Below are positions 59,697 to 64,000 of a stretch of DNA of 64,000 nucleotides, piece by piece (the first letter of the stretch is position 1; each line of letters starts with the position of its first letter). The DNA is from Rhizobium sp. (GTDB lineage: Bacteria > Pseudomonadota > Alphaproteobacteria > Rhizobiales > Rhizobiaceae), in NCBI GenBank assembly GCA_039593415.1, contig JBCNPI010000006.1, positions 246 through 64,245 of the forward strand, written 5' to 3'. The position numbers and the translations under genes were made by a program. The notes below the pieces were generated by a model. It was not told the DNA's origin, made no database searches, and saw only the letters and a program-made list of their open reading frames with translations.

Positions 59697-60722
59697 ATGT
59701 TTGGCGAATATCATTCCCTGCCGCTCGTCCTGATCAATCTCCTTGGGCTAGCCGGTATAGTCATTTGGCATATCCAAGGGCGCAGCCGTCCGACCGGGCG
59801 CCTGATCGTGCAGATCCTGTTCTTCACCGGAATGAGCCTTGTGCTTGGCCTGGGTGGAATCTCGCCCTATCGTCTCGACGATGCCGAGCTTCAGGAGGCC
59901 GGCATTCTGCTGGCCAAATCAGCAAGGGTTCTCTGGTGGCTCCATCTCGCTTGGACCCTGATCGGCTTCGTACAGATCTATATAACTCTCAACCACAAGC
60001 CACGGGAAGCACATCTGCTGCAGGATCTGATCGTCGGTGTCGTCTATCTCGGCGTGGCTCTGGCAGTCATCGGCTTCGTCTTCGGAGCGCCGATCGGCCC
60101 GTTGGTTGCTACCTCCGGCGTGGTCGCCATCATCATAGGCCTGGCGCTGCAGAACACGCTGGCCGATGTCTTTTCCGGGATTGCGCTCACGCTCGGTCGT
60201 GCTTACGTCGTCGGCGACTGGATCCAACTTGGCGACGGGACGGAAGGGCGCGTGGCCGAAACCAACTGGCGCTCGACCAATCTCCTGACCGGCGGGCACA
60301 ATGTCGTCGTCCTACCCAACAGTGTCCTTGCGAAACAGGGAATGACCAATCTCAGCCGTCCCGACGAAACGCACTGGATTTCACTTTCCTTGCATGTTGC
60401 CGCCACCCAGCCGCCGTCTGTCATTGAAGACCTCATGTTGGCCGTTCTGCGGAGCTGCGAGCGAATCGTTAAAATTCCGCCGCCGTCTGTCGCGTTCAAA
60501 GCGATCGATGCAATGGCTATCGAGGTCGAGCTGCAGTTTTGCGTGGCAAGCCCGGCGGGCAGAATGTCCGCTAAAAACGAGGTCATCGATCTCGTCTATC
60601 GGCACGGTAAGACGAACGGCCTCTCATTGGCGATGCCGCCGGAGAGCCTGTCCTGGGTGGCAGCCGCTGCGAGGGGTGAACCCCCAGCTATCATCAGGCC
60701 GCTCTCGTCCAGCGAGGTTTAG
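59697..60722 (+). CDS. MscS family mechanosensitive channel protein
   Basis: ATSGVVAIIIGLALQNTLADVFSG, VGDWI, EGRV.ETNWRST, LPNS. Confidence 0.92.
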   Translation: MFGEYHSLPLVLINLLGLAGIVIWHIQGRSRPTGRLIVQILFFTGMSLVLGLGGISPYRLDDAELQEAGILLAKSARVLWWLHLAWTLIGFVQIYITLNHKPREAHLLQDLIVGVVYLGVALAVIGFVFGAPIGPLVATSGVVAIIIGLALQNTLADVFSGIALTLGRAYVVGDWIQLGDGTEGRVAETNWRSTNLLTGGHNVVVLPNSVLAKQGMTNLSRPDETHWISLSLHVAATQPPSVIEDLMLAVLRSCERIVKIPPPSVAFKAIDAMAIEVELQFCVASPAGRMSAKNEVIDLVYRHGKTNGLSLAMPPESLSWVAAAARGEPPAIIRPLSSSEV

Positions 60723-60724
60723 CC

Positions 60725-61035
60725 ATGGACGTCGAGCTTAGACGCATGATTGACGAACTTGAACAGCAATTAGGTTCTGCGGCGGTCGAGAACACCGATC
60801 TGCGATCGGAGCTTGAAATTGCGTTGGAACGTCAGGCCGTCACCGCACAGATTCTCAACGTCATCTCCATGTCGCGAACCGACGTGCAACCGGTTTTCGA
60901 TGTCATTTCAGAGAGTCCGGGACGATTGCTCGGCGGTCAAACGGCGCTTGTCACGCGTCATGGATGGCACGCTCCATCTGGCCGCCTGCACGGCGGGAAG
61001 TCCCGCCAGCCATGCGGAGATCCAGGCTTCATTGG
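60725..61035 (+). pseudogene. N-terminal coiled-coil/GAF fragment of a signalling protein, frameshifted and truncated
   Basis: ALERQAVTAQILNVIS.SRTDVQPVFDVI, then a frame change to DGTLHLAA. Confidence 0.7.
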
Positions 61036-61137
61036 TCATTATCCTGAATGTTCAGCCTTTTTAGCTCTTGGAAATTTGGTGGCTCTCGGTTCGTACCGCT
61101 TCAAGAGCAACGACAATCAGTTCCTGTTCAGCATCGA

Positions 61138-61464
61138 TCATGGAATGAGCGCAAGAACAATCCGATTGGCTGCGGCTATGAGAACCAGCGCGATCGCCAG
61201 CGCTGACGAGCCAAGGTAATTCAAAATCAGAGCCGTTCCCACGAAAATGCTGGCTTCGAGAACGAGCCTTCCTGCTGCCCCGATCTCGTATCTTCGTTTC
61301 GGGGAAAGGAATGTACCCCAAACGGCGGCAGTTGCTGCACAAAACGCAAGTCCCAAAAGCACTTGTGCCGGGATGGGTACGGTAAGGTGTACGGCCAATG
61401 CAACGAGCGAAGCGAGTATACAAAGTTCGAGTGCAAATCTGATGCCGAGTGCTGTCGCTTTCAT
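61138..61464 (-). CDS. YrdB (DUF2568) family membrane protein
   Basis: LGIRFALEL, VWGTFLSPK, RLVLE. Four hydrophobic segments. Confidence 0.8.
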   Translation of the reverse strand: MKATALGIRFALELCILASLVALAVHLTVPIPAQVLLGLAFCAATAAVWGTFLSPKRRYEIGAAGRLVLEASIFVGTALILNYLGSSALAIALVLIAAANRIVLALIP

Positions 61465-61787
61465 CTTTGATCCTTGCCGTGCACCTGTGGTTCACTCGAG
61501 ACGCCGGTTCTCGAAAGCAAAAGCGAGCTGATCGCAAGCTCCCGGGACGGCGCAATTGGTCGGCCACCCAGGCCCGGTTGCAGCGTTGCGCTCGTGTAGA
61601 TGCCAAGCCCTGCTTGTCCGAATGCCGAATTACGGACTCTCGAGTTTTGTTCCCATTGAGATCTTCCAAGCTAGTCCGCAGTCGAGTCTATCGCTGAGAG
61701 ATGCGAAAAGTCCAATGACGTTAGCGCTTGCTCGAAGCAGCTAGATAATGAAGGATGAGGAATTGCGATGAGCTATTAGCCATCAGC

Positions 61788-61890
61788 AAGGCGATCGTCA
61801 TCGGACTGATGCCGTCTGGACGAAGGATCTCGCCTCCGTCGCGCGCGGCACCGACATTCTGGTGGCGGTCGTGGGCCGTCCGGAAATGGC
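61788..61890 (+). pseudogene. folD: Tiny folD remnant
   Basis: KAIVIG ... TKDLASVARGTDILVAVVGRPEM matches the FolD NAD-binding motif T.DL....R.ADILVAAVGRP. Confidence 0.7.
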
Positions 61891-61923
61891 ATAGCTGAGA
61901 GGAGCTTATTCGAGGAATTTCAC

Positions 61924-63075
61924 ATGACCGAGGAGGAGACAGTCATAATCGGTGCAGGCCCGGCAGGGTTGGCATGCGCTGCGGCTCTCGGTGCAAGAGG
62001 CTGCCGTTCCATCATCCTTGAAGCGTCGAACAAGCTTGGCGCGTCGTGGCGGCGGCACTACGATCGTCTTCACCTCCATACTGACAAGAGCCACTCAGCT
62101 CTTCCGGGAAGACCGATGCCGGCCGGTTTTCCGAGATATCCGTCGCGACTGCAGGTCATCGACTACCTCGAAAGCTACGCGCAGGAAAACAACCTTCGAA
62201 TTCTGACCGACAAGACCGTGACGCGCACAACGAAAAAGACGGATTGGTGTGTCGAGACCACTGACGGCGATGTATTCGAGGCGAGAGCCGTCATAATCGC
62301 AACTGGTCTCTCGAGGACTCCTGTCAGACTGCATTGGGCCGGCCAGAACAATTTCCCCGGAAATATTATTCACTCTTCCGAATACCGGAATGCTTCTGCC
62401 CTCAATGCAGATCGGATCTTGGTCGTCGGCTTCGGAAACTCGGCAGGAGAGATTGCGCTGGAATGTGCCGAAGCGGGTCTTGATGTCGCCATGTCGGTGC
62501 GCGGTCCGGTCAATGTCGTACCGAGGGAGATTTTGGGCCTGCCAAGTGCGTCGATCGCCATCGCTCAGCAGTACTTTCCGCCCAGAATGGTCGACGCGGT
62601 AAACGCCCCCATTCTGCATTTACGCTACCGCGATCTCGAGGAACTCGGTCTCAAGCGCTCCCGGCAAGGCCCTTTGACCATGATGACCGAGCAAGGCCGG
62701 ACTCCCTTGATCGATATTGGCACCATCGCGAAGATCAGGGAGGGTCGGATTAAGGTGTTTCCTGGCATCGACATGTCGGAGGGTGCCAACGTGTTTTTCG
62801 TCAATAATCGATCCGCTGAATTCGATGCGATTGTGCTTGCCACGGGCTATAGACCGTCTCTCGAAACATTTCTGCCGGATGCGGCGGTTCGGTTTCGGAA
62901 TGCCGGCAAGCCGGCAAGAGACGAGCTTCAACCGGGAAAGGACAATCTGTACTTCTGCGGCTTCAATCCTGCCACCACCGGCCTGCTTCGCCAGATCGGG
63001 ATCGAGGCATTGCAAATCGCAAAGTCGATCGCGGCAACGGCCGGCGCGCACGTTGTTTCTTCTGGGCGGAGTTGA
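61924..63075 (+). CDS. Flavin-containing monooxygenase, YUCCA-like
   Basis: GAGPAG, W..HYDRLHLH, FPGNIIHSSEY (FxGxxxHxxxY), VVGFGNSAGEI, DAIVLATGY. Confidence 0.9.
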   Translation: MTEEETVIIGAGPAGLACAAALGARGCRSIILEASNKLGASWRRHYDRLHLHTDKSHSALPGRPMPAGFPRYPSRLQVIDYLESYAQENNLRILTDKTVTRTTKKTDWCVETTDGDVFEARAVIIATGLSRTPVRLHWAGQNNFPGNIIHSSEYRNASALNADRILVVGFGNSAGEIALECAEAGLDVAMSVRGPVNVVPREILGLPSASIAIAQQYFPPRMVDAVNAPILHLRYRDLEELGLKRSRQGPLTMMTEQGRTPLIDIGTIAKIREGRIKVFPGIDMSEGANVFFVNNRSAEFDAIVLATGYRPSLETFLPDAAVRFRNAGKPARDELQPGKDNLYFCGFNPATTGLLRQIGIEALQIAKSIAATAGAHVVSSGRS

Positions 63076-63294
63076 AGTGGGTAAACCAATAGGTGGCGAT
63101 GCTCGCGGTCCCAGCCAGGACACGCCAAAAACTCTATTCAATGCGCGAAGCCCTTTGATCGCTTCCCAAAGATGACGGCACCACCAGTTAAGATGTGAAG
63201 AGGTCTTGCACGATACTCGGCCATCAGGCGAGCAGGCTGGAACATTATTTCACTTTGCCAGTTGATCATGAGGAAAGTTAAGGAGGATACGCAA

Positions 63295-63588
63295 ATGCGA
63301 AAGATAATTATTGCCTGCGCGGCCATCGTCATCGGTGCTGGTTTACCTGCGGCTGCGGTTGCAGAAGAGGTAATTGTCGACGGGCCTTCCTATGATCAGG
63401 GCTATCGCCATCATCGCCATCACCATCCGTATGTTGCGCTAAGCGATCGGGGCATTGCCATTGGATCAGATCGCGACCGCGACCGTTATGATCGCTATAA
63501 TGATCGCGGCAGATGCATGACAAGGACTGTCACTCGCACCGATGAAAACGGCGACCAGATCACAAAAACCATGCGGCGCTGCGATTAG
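63295..63588 (+). CDS. Small secreted His/Arg/Asp-rich protein with terminal Cys pair
   Basis: AGGAGG RBS, signal peptide ending AVA, HHRHHHH, DRDRDRYDRY, C...C near the C-terminus. Confidence 0.75.
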   Translation: MRKIIIACAAIVIGAGLPAAAVAEEVIVDGPSYDQGYRHHRHHHPYVALSDRGIAIGSDRDRDRYDRYNDRGRCMTRTVTRTDENGDQITKTMRRCD

Positions 63589-63657
63589 CGGCGCCCATGC
63601 GGGTAGTTGCTGCCAACGGGTTTATCACTCCAGCGCTCAAACGCGCACATGCGGAGC

Positions 63658-64000
63658 TCAATTGTGCGGCCAGCCGGCTCCGGCAATGCTCACGTCGACG
63701 GAAACGATCTGGCCAGTTCCGGCCATCTTGCTCATCTTGTCCATGCCGAACCAGCGTGCGGTGGTGACGAAAAGCGTCGAGCGGTCTTTGCCGCCGAGCA
63801 TGCAGGCGAAAGCGCCCCGGTCTAGCTTGATCTCGTCAAGTATTTCGCCGCCTTCTCTCACCCGGCGACAATATGCATTGGGGACATCCGCGTACCAGAC
63901 GGCATCCTGGCTGTCGAAACATATCCCGTCTGGCGGTCCAGCAAGCTCTGCCCAGATTCTCCGGTTCGAAAGGCGCCCGTCGGCTGCCACATCGAAAGCA
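63658..64000 (-). CDS. SMP-30/gluconolactonase/LRE family protein (3' part; runs off the window)
   Basis: PDGICFD..AVWYA, ACMLGG.DRSTLFVTTA. Confidence 0.88.
   Translation of the reverse strand, partial: AFDVAADGRLSNRRIWAELAGPPDGICFDSQDAVWYADVPNAYCRRVREGGEILDEIKLDRGAFACMLGGKDRSTLFVTTARWFGMDKMSKMAGTGQIVSVDVSIAGAGWPHN

Overview
High-GC alphaproteobacterial DNA, most likely an accessory replicon (megaplasmid or chromid) of Rhizobium/Agrobacterium. That assignment rests on a RIME-like repeat, NodV/NodW-like two-component genes and the gene content. Intact modules, in order: (1) 1.1-12.1 kb, a divergent GntR/FCD-controlled catabolic island with a shikimate/quinate dehydrogenase, AroQ, a TIM-barrel enzyme, a Gfo/Idh/MocA dehydrogenase, a polar-amino-acid-type ABC importer, an intradiol dioxygenase, meta-pathway-type lower enzymes (CHMI tautomerase, HpaH, HpaI) and a signal-less SBP_bac_3-fold protein; this is the best candidate for an undescribed pathway. 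(2) vapBC. (3) A partly decayed D-amino-acid/amine oxidation region. (4) A zinc-ADH/LysR pair. (5) A 1584-aa Gly-rich autotransporter. (6) A LacI/ABC/GH127 beta-L-arabinofuranoside uptake locus. (7) A second sugar ABC locus with RbsD/FucU and ribokinase. (8) A MASE1-multi-PAS histidine kinase with three response regulators beside hydrolase/AhpD/MBL/NmrA/cupin/MscS genes. (9) A YUCCA-like flavin monooxygenase. The junctions between modules carry more than ten gene and IS scars (IS3 twice, ISL3, folD, GNAT, SDR/LysR, GAF, ABC fragments). I saw no rRNA, tRNA or CRISPR array. All calls come from motif recognition by eye; no database searches were run.
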